Source of the DNA: an uncultured Gammaproteobacteria bacterium
GTDB lineage: Bacteria; Patescibacteriota; Patescibacteriia; VMEV01; CAYQCH01
Length of the DNA stretch: 64,000 nt
Direction of reading: 5' to 3'
Assembly: GCA_964503955.1 (NCBI GenBank)
Contig: CAZDCG010000001.1
Span: forward strand, 109,804-173,803
Shown here: positions 8,929 to 17,586 of the stretch, piece after piece
Position numbering within the stretch: the first letter of the stretch is position 1
Layout: each line of letters starts with the position of its first letter
Notes under the pieces: model-generated
The model's input: the letters and a program-made list of their open reading frames with translations, nothing else
Told to the model about the DNA's origin: nothing
Databases searched by the model: none
Made by a program: the position numbers and the translations under genes

Positions 8929-10143
8929 TCATCGAAATTGATGCGGTTCCTTAAATCCCCCGATTTTGGTTTTCAAGCGTGTTTTTAGTACAACGGCTCT
9001 TCTAACCGTTTGTTCTCCATAACGGTCATTGAGGATATCTTGCGCACGCACAAGACGGTCGCGCCGGCGCTCCTCTTCAAGAATCGGAAGCTGCTTTCCA
9101 CCTTTCTTCAACAAAGTTGTTCCAACTCCAACCAGGCGCACAGCTCGATTGATTGTCCATCGTTCTAGCATGGCCTGCGCGATGCAATAAACATCGTAGC
9201 CGTCGTCAATAAACCGCTTTAGTGTTTTTCCCTCATGCGAACCGGAAAAATCATCCCAGCGCAAATAGACCCACACATGGCGTGCCTGGTAGCCATCGCG
9301 GCGGAGACGGCGGCCGACTTTCTCAGCCAGACGCAGCAAGATACGATAAACTTCGTCGCGGTCGTAGGTGTCTTTTTCAAGCGTATAGGTATGCCCGATG
9401 GATTTTGCCTCTTCGCTTTCATTCACGTAAGGAATTTCGCTATGGTCGATTCCCCTGCCCATTTCCGAAAGCATAAGCCCGTTATTTGGACCAAAGACTC
9501 TTTGCAATTCCTGCACAGGATAATCGCCAAGCTGGCGCAAGGTACGGATTCCCATATCAAATAAACGCACCTGCAAACGACGGCCAATACCGGGAATATC
9601 GGTCAATTCCACCCAGTCAAGCACTTCTCGGACCTGGGCGGGGGGAATCATAGTGAGCCCGTCCGGCTTTTGCATGCTTGAAGCTAGCTTGGCCAGCATG
9701 CGGTTTGGCGCGATCCCAACAGAACAAGTGAGGTAATCTCCGACTTCGCGGTGCAGATCCGATTTGAGTTTTCTTGCCACAAGACAAGCTTGCGCGTAGG
9801 TTTTCACCCAACCGGTCAGATCCATAAACAACTCATCGATGCTGTACACTTCGATCCGGTCGGTAAAGCGTTTCCCAATATCGATGAATTTTTGCGTAAG
9901 CTCCTGATACTTAACCGGATCTCCGTCAATGAACATGAGGTGCGGGCAGAGCCTGAGCGCCTCAGAGGTAGGCATGGCTGTTTTTACGCCGAATGCTTTC
10001 GCCTCCTTTGAAGCGGCTACAATAACACTTCGTGATCCAGGCGATCCGCCAATTGCGATGGCTTTTCCGCGCAAAAAAGGATTGCACTGCTGCTCAGCAG
10101 TTGCAAAGTAAGAATTGAAGTCGATGTGGAGAATGATGCTCAT
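8929..10143 (-). CDS. dinB: DNA polymerase IV (Y-family)
   Basis: MSIILHIDFNSYFATAEQQCNPFLRGKAIAIGGS... the IMS/UmuC N-terminus, with palm, fingers and little-finger domains. Confidence 0.9.
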   Translation of the reverse strand: MSIILHIDFNSYFATAEQQCNPFLRGKAIAIGGSPGSRSVIVAASKEAKAFGVKTAMPTSEALRLCPHLMFIDGDPVKYQELTQKFIDIGKRFTDRIEVYSIDELFMDLTGWVKTYAQACLVARKLKSDLHREVGDYLTCSVGIAPNRMLAKLASSMQKPDGLTMIPPAQVREVLDWVELTDIPGIGRRLQVRLFDMGIRTLRQLGDYPVQELQRVFGPNNGLMLSEMGRGIDHSEIPYVNESEEAKSIGHTYTLEKDTYDRDEVYRILLRLAEKVGRRLRRDGYQARHVWVYLRWDDFSGSHEGKTLKRFIDDGYDVYCIAQAMLERWTINRAVRLVGVGTTLLKKGGKQLPILEEERRRDRLVRAQDILNDRYGEQTVRRAVVLKTRLKTKIGGFKEPHQFR

Positions 10144-10256
10144 TCACTACGAATTACAAATGGCTACAAATCTACAAATGAACAGCTACTCAATTTACAG
10201 ATTTGTAATGATTCGTCATTTGTAGTGTTTTCAAGGATTGACCCAATGAATAAAAG
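10144..10256. promoter_or_regulatory. Divergent dinB / islet-ORF control region carrying two copies of an ATTTGTAA-N(0-3)-(G)ATTCGT motif (candidate SOS operator)
   Basis: 10148-10161 is tacgaattacaaat (the motif on the minus strand, 5 bp from the dinB start). 10201-10222 is atttgtaatgattcgtcatttg. Equivalent motifs sit upstream of lexA and tatD. Confidence 0.5.
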
Positions 10257-10315
10257 ATGCTATTTATAAGTGTCGGTTTATCGTTAGAACCTACAACAAA
10301 GAGAAGGGAACTAAC

Positions 10316-11111
10316 CGTGTCCGACAAGAGGCTCCGTGGGCTTGAGCGTCGGTGGAAGGAAAGCGGCAGTATCGAGGATGAGGTTAAACTGCTACAGGAA
10401 CGTGTAAGAATGGGGGATCTCACCCAAGAGCGACTCAGGCTGGCGTCCTATTGCGGCCACCCTGCGTCCCTTGCTGCCCTAAACATGATTGGACCCACCT
10501 CCCCTGATTCTCTCGAAACGCTGGAGGAGTGGTTTAGAGGGCTTGAGGCCTGGGGAATCGAATCCCACTTAAGAGGCAGCCTAGCTGTTACAAAGCTCGT
10601 GTTGCCCTACTTTGAGAGAAGCACCCCGGAAGATCTCCGCCCCCGACAAGCTATCCAGTCTGCTATAGATTGGATCGCCTGTCCGTGTGAAGAGCATGTA
10701 GAGAAGACAAATTCAGCATCCGGAAGGCTGATGAATGATGATTTCTGCGATAGCTGGATTGGCGCCCCACCCCGCTCCAGGCCAGTCGGCATGCAACCTG
10801 GCGAACTGATGCTGATGGCGATATCGGTCAACTGGGAAAACAACATTCCACAAGAGGTCGCTTGTATCGTTTGGGATGTCTCTTATAGCTTTTGTGATGA
10901 CGAGAATCCGCTTGAACGGGTCATCCAAGCCATTAGAAACACACTTCAACTGCTGAACAGGATCAGCAACGAGACCCAAACGGACGCATCATGCAATGTA
11001 CCCATGATTCATGACTCCATCACGCAAGTCCTGACCCCCTGGGCCCTGGGATATCGGGATCCGGTTTTCGAACCAGACTTCCTTCCTCCCCTGCCAAGAG
11101 AAGGGACCTAG
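10316..11111 (+). CDS. Hypothetical protein, about 265 aa (GTG start; alternative ATG at 10257), in GC-rich SOS-linked islet
   Basis: aaGAGAAGGGAActaaccGTG RBS and GTG are analogous to ORF 954. There is no recognisable domain. It contains IDWIACPCEEH and FCDSWIG cysteine pairs. Its stop codon lies inside a 32-bp hairpin repeat. Confidence 0.45.
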
Positions 11112-11132
11112 CCGCGAGGCGATGGTCCCTTC
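11100..11132. repeat. 32-bp perfect hairpin GAAGGGACC-tagccgcgaggcgat-GGTCCCTTC, copy 1
   Basis: A 9-bp stem and 15-nt loop overlapping the stop of ORF 10316..11111. A near-identical copy (one loop substitution) is at 11523..11556. Confidence 0.6.
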
Positions 11133-11201
11133 CCGACACGAAGCATCAAAGCTGTTTGATGTCTCGTGTCGGACAACGAACAGAGAAAAGGAAGGTAAAT
11201 C

Positions 11202-11513
11202 GTGACAAAAGAACCCGAATTCCACGAAGGACGCCTTGTCCTTGACTTCGATCACTTCTGCCTGGGGCACACCCCTGAACCGCCGGGTTGCTGCCTCAAC
11301 AGCTTTCGGGGTGAAAGGGACGTAGACAAGGTCCTTGGCGTGAAGCAGGAGAACGAGCGGCTTGGACAAGAACTCAAGGCCAAGTACCGTGATTACGAGG
11401 GGACGCTGTTTGACGTGATCATCCGCCCTCATCTCGATGAGCGGACCGGATCAATCCGTTACGCCGTCTATTACGAACACAAGGAGGATAAGCCTGATGT
11501 GGATGATGAGTGA
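11202..11513 (+). CDS. Hypothetical protein, 103 aa (GTG start), flanked by the two 32-bp hairpin repeats
   Basis: aaGGAAGGtaaatcGTG start. The sequence MTKEPEFHEGRLVLDFDHFCLGHTPEPPGCCLNSF... has no recognisable family. It is GC-rich. Confidence 0.4.
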   Translation: MTKEPEFHEGRLVLDFDHFCLGHTPEPPGCCLNSFRGERDVDKVLGVKQENERLGQELKAKYRDYEGTLFDVIIRPHLDERTGSIRYAVYYEHKEDKPDVDDE

Positions 11514-11522
11514 CCCCCTTGC

Positions 11523-11556
11523 GAAGGGACCTAGCCGCAAGGCGATGGTCCCTTTC
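11523..11556. repeat. 32-bp hairpin repeat, copy 2 (GAAGGGACC-tagccgcaaggcgat-GGTCCCTTT), followed by a T-rich tract
   Basis: It lies between convergent ORFs 11202..11513 and 11558..11806 and is a likely bidirectional terminator. Confidence 0.55.
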
Positions 11557-11557
11557 T

Positions 11558-11806
11558 TCATTCCTGATAATGTTCAACAAGCAGCCACGTCAGGGTTTCC
11601 GTGTGGAATTCAATTCGGAAAAATTCTGTTTCCGTTGCCAAGGAAAAAAAGAAAATGCGTTCACGGCCGTCAAAGGTAGAATGCACATTGGTCACTTTTG
11701 CAATCGTGTAGGTATGCGCTCCCCACTTGAAGGCCTTTGGCTGAACACGCTCTCCATCAAACACGGCCAGCACCTTCACAGGATCGTGATAATGTTCGTG
11801 AAGCAT
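11558..11806 (-). CDS. Hypothetical protein, 82 aa
   Basis: ORF MLHEHYHDPVKVLAVFDGERVQPKAFKWGAHTYTIAKV... is convergent with the islet genes. There is no family assignment. Confidence 0.35.
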   Translation of the reverse strand: MLHEHYHDPVKVLAVFDGERVQPKAFKWGAHTYTIAKVTNVHSTFDGRERIFFFSLATETEFFRIEFHTETLTWLLVEHYQE

Positions 11807-12417
11807 AATTATTCAACAAAAAACACCCAATAATCCTCGACGAAAATTGGATGTTTTTTGTTTTACCTGTCGGAAAAGCAGGGTACAGATCTAAACGAGA
11901 AAAGAACACACTTTGAAGGGAAAGGAATTCCACTGGTTCTTAAAAGAACCTTATTCGCCCGGGAAGGGCGAGCCGGCATAACCAGACGACACTGTATTCC
12001 ATACCCATGCACCGATGTGACCGGATATGAGAATCAATAAATGTCTTTGGATATCATCTCATCTTAGCCGTCCCCGCATAAGAAAAGACGATGTTTTTAC
12101 GCCAGCACAGAGCAATTTTGATGTGAAGGATCTGTAACCCTGCCCTGCCGGCAGGAAGCAGGAATTAGTGCGACAGAGCGTAGACCATGACGCGATCAAG
12201 CATACGTCCCATTACACGACGATAGAGCGACTTTCTTTTTCTTCGTGACATATTTGTTTTTGCGCCCGCAGAGGCAAGGAAGCATCATTTCCACGCCGCA
12301 CAGTCGTATGACTCTAGTGCTGGCGGGTCACCCCCTATTTTGTGAAATAAGGATGGCGAAATCAGGACCTGCTTACCTCTGACAGGCTTTTTATTTAATA
12401 AGAGTTAATAAGTTGTG

Positions 12418-13038
12418 TTAGATACCCAGCGGAGAAAATGTACGGATCAGTCCTTTGACCACGCCTTGGATAATCGGATCTTTGACGTAAATAGGCTGCA
12501 TGGTGGAATTGGCTGGCTGTAAACGGATTTTGTTCTGTTCCCGGTAAAATCGTTTCAATGTGGCGTAGGTATTATCAAGCAGGGCAACAACAATATCTCC
12601 GTTTCGAGGACTTGGATTGCGCTGGACGATGACATAATCGCCGTCAAGAATTCCGTCTTCAATCATGGACTCTCCTTTCACCTTCAGGACATACGAATTC
12701 GCAGGATCGTCAACCAGAGTAATTGGCACACCAATTGTTTCTCTGGTTTCAACCGCTTCAATAGGTGAACCGGCAGTAATCAAACCGACAAGAGGAAGAG
12801 TAACCGCCTGAGGAGCAGGAAGACATTTCGCTGTTAATTCGATAGAACGAGCTTCATTGCTGGTTGTGATATACCCTTTCTCTTCAAGCGCCTTCATGTA
12901 CTGATGGATGCTGGCTGGTGAAGAAAGATCAAAAGCGTCAGCGATTTCTCGATAAGACGGCATATAGCCGTAGTCTGCAGAGAACTGCATGAGAAAGTCG
13001 AGAATCTGCTTTTGCTTTTTGGTTAAACTTTCGTTCAT
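12418..13038 (-). CDS. lexA: SOS transcriptional repressor LexA
   Basis: N-terminal winged HTH (LTKKQKQILDFLMQFSADYGYMPSYREIADAF) and C-terminal S24 peptidase with the GESM serine and the Lys in TLKRF. Confidence 0.9.
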   Translation of the reverse strand: MNESLTKKQKQILDFLMQFSADYGYMPSYREIADAFDLSSPASIHQYMKALEEKGYITTSNEARSIELTAKCLPAPQAVTLPLVGLITAGSPIEAVETRETIGVPITLVDDPANSYVLKVKGESMIEDGILDGDYVIVQRNPSPRNGDIVVALLDNTYATLKRFYREQNKIRLQPANSTMQPIYVKDPIIQGVVKGLIRTFSPLGI

Positions 13039-13185
13039 ATGAGAAGTTGTAAATGATGGTGGGTACGAATTACGAATTTACAAATTTCTTTTTAGTATCT
13101 TTTCGTTTAATAAGAAGCTTGTCTTATTTGTAAATTTGTATCAGATTTGTAATTTGCACCTTCTGCGATTCGTGATGTTTGTATT
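13039..13185. promoter_or_regulatory. lexA upstream region with a candidate promoter and repeated ATTTGTAA / ATTCGT motifs (candidate LexA autoregulatory operator)
   Basis: 13064-13087 is tacgaattacgaatttacaaattt (the motif on the gene strand, 26 bp from the start). 13145-13153 is atttgtaat and 13167-13181 is gattcgtgatgtttg. ATTTGTA is repeated several times between 13125 and 13153. Confidence 0.5.
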
Positions 13186-13361
13186 GTATACGAACAAAAC
13201 ACGAACGTCAAGTGTTGCCATAATTAGCTAAAATCGGAGATTTGTTCATATCTTGTTCGCTTTATCCACAGGTTAAGATCTTTTCCTTTTAAGGGCCAAG
13301 AGAGGTACGGCAAATCTGGCCATCGAGAACTCCCCCAAGAACATCTATCCTTTATCCAAAT

Positions 13362-13422
13362 CCTTCTCCCCCCTCTTTTCTAGAGGGGGTGGAGGAACAA
13401 ACTCCTTCCCCCTAGAAAAGGG
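13362..13422. repeat. Pair of inverted CCCCTCTTTTCTAGAGGGGG / CCTTCCCCCTAGAAAAGGGG elements
   Basis: A related copy, gcttttctagggggaagaag, is at 21161..21182 in the divergent sufB promoter region. Confidence 0.4.
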
Positions 13423-13539
13423 GACTGAATAAAGCGTGGAGTAAGAGAAAACATAGCAAGGGGGTTCTTGCGAACGTCCATACCCGTCGTCTGAAAATCT
13501 GTGCGTCTTAAACGTCTAACAAGTTTGTGCGTCTATAAA

Positions 13540-13575
13540 ACAAAACGCCCTGGTTTTTGCCAAGGGCGTTTTTCA
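13540..13575. terminator. Bidirectional rho-independent terminator AAAACGCCCT-ggtttttgcca-AGGGCGTTTTT
   Basis: A perfect 8-bp stem flanked by an A-run and a T-run, immediately 3' of the DUF378 gene. Confidence 0.7.
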
Positions 13576-13588
13576 TAGGTGTTTTGTG

Positions 13589-13852
13589 TTACATCTGCTG
13601 CCCCATGCTCTCTTCTTTCTTTTCCGGACCGCAGCAGCTTGCCATGCACTTCTTACATTTGCAGCCGAAAATAGACAGGATACCAGCCAAACCAACGAGA
13701 ACGTAGACAACACGTTCTACAGCCGGCCAGGAACCGAGCAGCCACATAACGGCGTTAAATTCGAAGGCTCCAACAAGCCCCCAGTTGAGCGCACCAATGA
13801 TTACCAACGTCATGGCAATCATATGAACCGTGCATCCTTTTCTCATCATCAT
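13589..13852 (-). CDS. DUF378-family small membrane protein with Cys-rich C-terminal tail
   Basis: VIIGALNWGLVGAFEFNAVMWLLGSWPAVERVVYVLVGLAGI matches the DUF378 hallmark. The C-terminus is CKCKKCMASCC. The start may be an internal Met. Confidence 0.6.
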   Translation of the reverse strand: MMMRKGCTVHMIAMTLVIIGALNWGLVGAFEFNAVMWLLGSWPAVERVVYVLVGLAGILSIFGCKCKKCMASCCGPEKKEESMGQQM

Positions 13853-14021
13853 AGGATTGAAAATGAATTTAATAGTAAAAGGATTCTTCCCTAAGTATAG
13901 AGGAAATCCAGGAGCGAGGGCAATAAATTTGTCAATAATTGTGTTAAACGTCAGCGAGCCGGCAGAACAGACAGACCTGTTGGGTCTGAACGTCCTGCCG
14001 GCTCGGCATGGAACTTGTGCC

Positions 14022-15650
14022 CTACTGCATGTAGGGCGTGAACTTGTCGAGCCAGGGATTGGCTCCGAAGTTCACACGCACCCACATCCCCTCATTACCA
14101 CCGTTGGAACCGTACCAGACGGACTGGTTGATGTCCTGTGGGTAAACCCAGTTGGACCTGTTCGTGGTTCCGTCATGGAACCCGACCCACTGAAACACGG
14201 GGATGTTGAAACTGCCCGTGTACTCGACTAGGTGCAGCCCCCACATGTCACCGAACTCATCGGGGAACACCTTCATTGTGGACGTACTGCCTGGGCTGTT
14301 GTACAGGGTGTACGGTGCCCCGGCCCAGGTAGGCTTGCTGATATCCAGCTGGTTCGTGCCGTTGCGGATGCAGTACCGCAGAGCCACGAGGACGGGCACG
14401 ACTCGCTTGCCCGTAGCCGCATCGAGGTAAGGTTCGCCCAGCCGCGTATGCGTATCCACGAACATCCGGGTGGTCCCATTGTCCGTGAATTCGCTCTGCA
14501 GCGGGTTGCCCATCACCACACGTCCCTGGAAGTCCACCGAGTTGCCGTTGTAGGTGGCCACCACGGTGAACGGACCTTCGATGCTAGCCGCCTTGTTCTC
14601 CGGAACCACGAGACGCCACAGCTGCCCGGCTTGGTTATTCACGAGCAGAACCCGATCCGTTCCGCTGGTGATCTGCAGGCTCAGATTGCCGTTGGCCGTG
14701 ACCTCGGTGAAGTCCGTGCCGTTGTAGGCCCAGACCCGGATCTCGCTCCACTCGCCCGGGCTCATGAACGCCCGCATCGAGATGAAGAGGGCGTTGGCCG
14801 GCGGGTCGTCCCCAGTCGAGGCGATCGACACGTCCGAAGACATGGTCACCCCGTTGGGCCGCTCATTGGTGTCGGTGAGGCCGATGATCATCGGTCCGGG
14901 AGCCCAGGCGCGGATGTTGGTCGAGATGTTCTTGTCACGGAACATCACGCGACCGATGGCATCGACCACAACCTTGCCGTCCTCGAACATCTGCCGATCG
15001 GCAACCAGGAAGCGGATCAGGTTCACGTCATTCGTGTTCCCGCCCGTCGCCAGGTTGATCGACCGGTCGAGCTGGTTGGACCAGACACCGACATCCACGT
15101 TGCCGCCGCTATTGGTCAGCGTGATCGATGTGGCCAACTGGTTGCTCGCGTACTTGTTCCCTCCCGTCTGACCGGGATTGGATCCGGACGGAGGAGGAGG
15201 CGGAGGTGTGCCCACGACTTCGATGGCGTCGGCGAAGGTCTTCGTCACGGTCGCGCCGTTCTTGGTCGCCTGCACCGTCAGGTCGGACTTGCCCGTATTC
15301 CCGGTATTCGCCGAGAACAGGCCGTTCTGAGTGATGGAACCGATACCCGTATTGACGAGCGTGTAGACCACCTCGCTGGCCTCGAAGGTGACGAACGTGC
15401 CGTCCTTGAGCTTACCACGCGCGTTGATCTGCTGCTGGTTGCCCTTCACCACCACGGTGTTGGCCACCACGAGCTCGACGGAGTCGAGAGGGCTCTTGCT
15501 GCCCGTATTGGTGTTGTTGCTCCCCGAGTTGTTCGGGGGCGTCATGGGCTGCAGATCGCCCTTGCGGCGCTTGGAGCAGCCGGCGACGAGCATGCCCGCC
15601 ATCAACAGGATCGCGGCACTCACCACGAGGTTGAATCTGAAGAACTGCAT
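14022..15650 (-). CDS. Surface lipoprotein with Big_2-like Ig domain, poly-Pro linker and large C-terminal domain (GC-rich, likely acquired)
   Basis: ATG at 15650 with a GGAGGG SD 6 nt upstream. Signal peptide plus lipobox LVAGC. PPPPPP linker. The ORF-track N-terminal extension to 15854 is rejected. The 538-aa antisense ORF is rejected. Confidence 0.6.
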   Translation of the reverse strand: MQFFRFNLVVSAAILLMAGMLVAGCSKRRKGDLQPMTPPNNSGSNNTNTGSKSPLDSVELVVANTVVVKGNQQQINARGKLKDGTFVTFEASEVVYTLVNTGIGSITQNGLFSANTGNTGKSDLTVQATKNGATVTKTFADAIEVVGTPPPPPPSGSNPGQTGGNKYASNQLATSITLTNSGGNVDVGVWSNQLDRSINLATGGNTNDVNLIRFLVADRQMFEDGKVVVDAIGRVMFRDKNISTNIRAWAPGPMIIGLTDTNERPNGVTMSSDVSIASTGDDPPANALFISMRAFMSPGEWSEIRVWAYNGTDFTEVTANGNLSLQITSGTDRVLLVNNQAGQLWRLVVPENKAASIEGPFTVVATYNGNSVDFQGRVVMGNPLQSEFTDNGTTRMFVDTHTRLGEPYLDAATGKRVVPVLVALRYCIRNGTNQLDISKPTWAGAPYTLYNSPGSTSTMKVFPDEFGDMWGLHLVEYTGSFNIPVFQWVGFHDGTTNRSNWVYPQDINQSVWYGSNGGNEGMWVRVNFGANPWLDKFTPYMQ

Positions 15651-15814
15651 ACATCCCTCCTGGAAGCGGGCCGAACGAAAAATCCCCCGGCCGGACCGGC
15701 CGAAAGGATTTCCCCTGAGATATCCATACCACCCTCTGCCCCACAAATGGCAAAGCTGATGGATGGAACATGGCAAATTAGCAAAAAAGAGAGATTTTGT
15801 CAAGAGACTAAAAA

Positions 15815-15846
15815 TGTCGGGCGCGGGGCTCTGTCCCCGCCCGACT
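15815..15846. repeat. GC-rich hairpin repeat copy 2 (TGTCGGGCGCGGGGCTCTGTCCCCGCCCGAC)
   Basis: Read on the minus strand it is followed by ATTTTT, so it is the likely intrinsic terminator of the malic-enzyme gene. The family is also at 2856 and 57776. Confidence 0.6.
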
Positions 15847-15896
15847 GATCGCAAACAGAGCCTGCGACCGACACTATTTTAATGTTTGGAGCCAGT

Positions 15897-17045
15897 CTAA
15901 CCCCTAGCCGCTTTCATCACAGCCTTAGCTACTTTTTCGGCAATCCCCTTTTGGAGCGGGTTTGGAATGATCAGCGACGGACTCGGCTTTTTCACCGCCT
16001 TTGCCAAAGCATGCGCGGCAGCGACTTTCATCTCTTCCGTGATCTGCTTGGCCCTGATATCTAGAGCACCGCGGAAAATCCCTGGAAATGCCAGTACATT
16101 GTTTACCTGATTAGGAAAATCGCTGCGGCCTGTTGCCACCACTCTGGCTCCGGCCTTTTTGGCCAGATCTGGCATAATTTCAGGAATCGGGTTTGCAAGA
16201 GCAAAGATAATCGAATTCTTATTCATGGAGCGCACCATGGTTTGCGACAGAATATTTCCTTTGCTGACACCAATAAACACGTCGCGTCCAGCCAGCGCCT
16301 CGGCCAGCCCCCCTTTGATATCTTCGTTATTTGTTATATTGAGCAGTTGTTTTTTCACAGCAGAAAGATCTTTGCGTCCGCGATGAATGATCCCCTGGCT
16401 GTCGACAAGCACAATATCTCTGGCTCCCTGGCTATGCAGCAATCTGGTAATCGCCACGCCGGCGGCTCCAACGCCATTGATCACAAAGCGCGTCTCTTCC
16501 ATTCTCCGTTTTGTGATCTTAAGCGCATTGATCAGCCCGGCATATACCACAATAGCCGTTCCATGCTGGTCATCATGAAAGACGGGAATATCAAGCTGCT
16601 TTTTCAACTCTTCTTCAATGTAAAAACAATTTGGCGCGCCGATATCCTCCAGGTTAATGCCGCCAAAGGTTGGGGCGAGCGCTTTGACGATCGCGATGAC
16701 TTCGTCTGGGTTCTGGGTATTTAAGCAAAGGGGAAACGCGTCCACGTCTGCAAATTCCTTAAACAAAACGGCTTTCCCTTCCATCACCGGCAAAGCAGCT
16801 TCGGGCCCGATATTGCCAAGTCCAAGCACCGAAGAACCGTCGCTGACAACGGCAACCCAGTTCCGGCGAGAGGTATACTGCCATACATCCTCTTTTTTTT
16901 CGGCGATGGCTGAAGAAACAGCTCCCACGCCGGGAGTGTACATGAGAGACAAATCCTTTTTCGTCTTGATCGGTGCTTTCGGCGCAAGAGCGATTTTTCC
17001 CTTAAGCTTCTTATGCAGCTTCTTGGATTCTGAAGCAAAGTTCAT
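15897..17045 (-). CDS. maeB: NAD(P)-dependent malic enzyme (small MaeB-type)
   Basis: LSLMYTPGVGAVSSAIAEKKEDVWQYTSRRNWVAVVSDGSSVLGLGNIGPEAALPVMEGKAVLFKEFADVDAFPL. The start is taken at MNFASE (ATG 17045) rather than the track start. Confidence 0.8.
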   Translation of the reverse strand: MNFASESKKLHKKLKGKIALAPKAPIKTKKDLSLMYTPGVGAVSSAIAEKKEDVWQYTSRRNWVAVVSDGSSVLGLGNIGPEAALPVMEGKAVLFKEFADVDAFPLCLNTQNPDEVIAIVKALAPTFGGINLEDIGAPNCFYIEEELKKQLDIPVFHDDQHGTAIVVYAGLINALKITKRRMEETRFVINGVGAAGVAITRLLHSQGARDIVLVDSQGIIHRGRKDLSAVKKQLLNITNNEDIKGGLAEALAGRDVFIGVSKGNILSQTMVRSMNKNSIIFALANPIPEIMPDLAKKAGARVVATGRSDFPNQVNNVLAFPGIFRGALDIRAKQITEEMKVAAAHALAKAVKKPSPSLIIPNPLQKGIAEKVAKAVMKAARG

Positions 17046-17118
17046 ACAGCAAATGTTTTTCAGTGGATAAAAAAACTGCCCACAGCATAGCACAGTTAAA
17101 AAATAATGCACTTAGCGT

Positions 17119-17580
17119 CTATCGATTCTGCGGACGATTATAGCGGCCCATGAGCTCAGCCCTCGCAAGCACCTTGCCTTGCATTGCAATTTCCACGTCT
17201 TTTTTCGACGCGGTTGGCGGTAGATCAAGCTCTTCGCTGAGAGCATAGAGCCTGAAATAGTAGCGATGCTCACGATCCGGCGGGCAAGGACCAACATAGC
17301 CGCGGCTGCCTGAAGTATTCTTACCAATAACGCCTTGCGGTTCTTTCCCCTCTTCAATAAAGGTTGTTGATGGTGGAATATTCCAGACAAGCCAATGATC
17401 AAACATCTGATCGGCACGAACATGCGCGGGAACATCCGGATCATCCATGATCAAAATCAGCGATTTTGCCCCTTCGGGAATCCCTTGAATCCGCAGCGGC
17501 GGATTGATATTCTGCCCGTCGCAGGTAAATCGCTCCGGAATCTCTCCTTCATGCTGAAAAAACTCGCAGGTCAACTGCAT
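17119..17580 (-). CDS. YbhB/YbcL-family PEBP (Raf kinase inhibitor-like) protein
   Basis: YVGPCPPDREHRYYFRLYAL motif typical of bacterial PEBP. Confidence 0.75.
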   Translation of the reverse strand: MQLTCEFFQHEGEIPERFTCDGQNINPPLRIQGIPEGAKSLILIMDDPDVPAHVRADQMFDHWLVWNIPPSTTFIEEGKEPQGVIGKNTSGSRGYVGPCPPDREHRYYFRLYALSEELDLPPTASKKDVEIAMQGKVLARAELMGRYNRPQNR

Positions 17581-17586
17581 AAAGCC

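Noticed and set aside
12040-12417. Intergenic region between the islet ORFs and the lexA 3' end, checked for Cheo-box (CGAAC-N4-GTTCG) LexA sites and small genes
   Set aside because: There is no convincing palindromic box or ORF. Only a weak CCTG...CAGG hairpin lies near the lexA stop.
14232-15848. 538-aa ORF on the plus strand
   Set aside because: It is entirely antisense to the GC-rich lipoprotein gene. It is Arg/His/Gly/Val-rich with no RBS or domain, which is typical of high-GC antisense frames.
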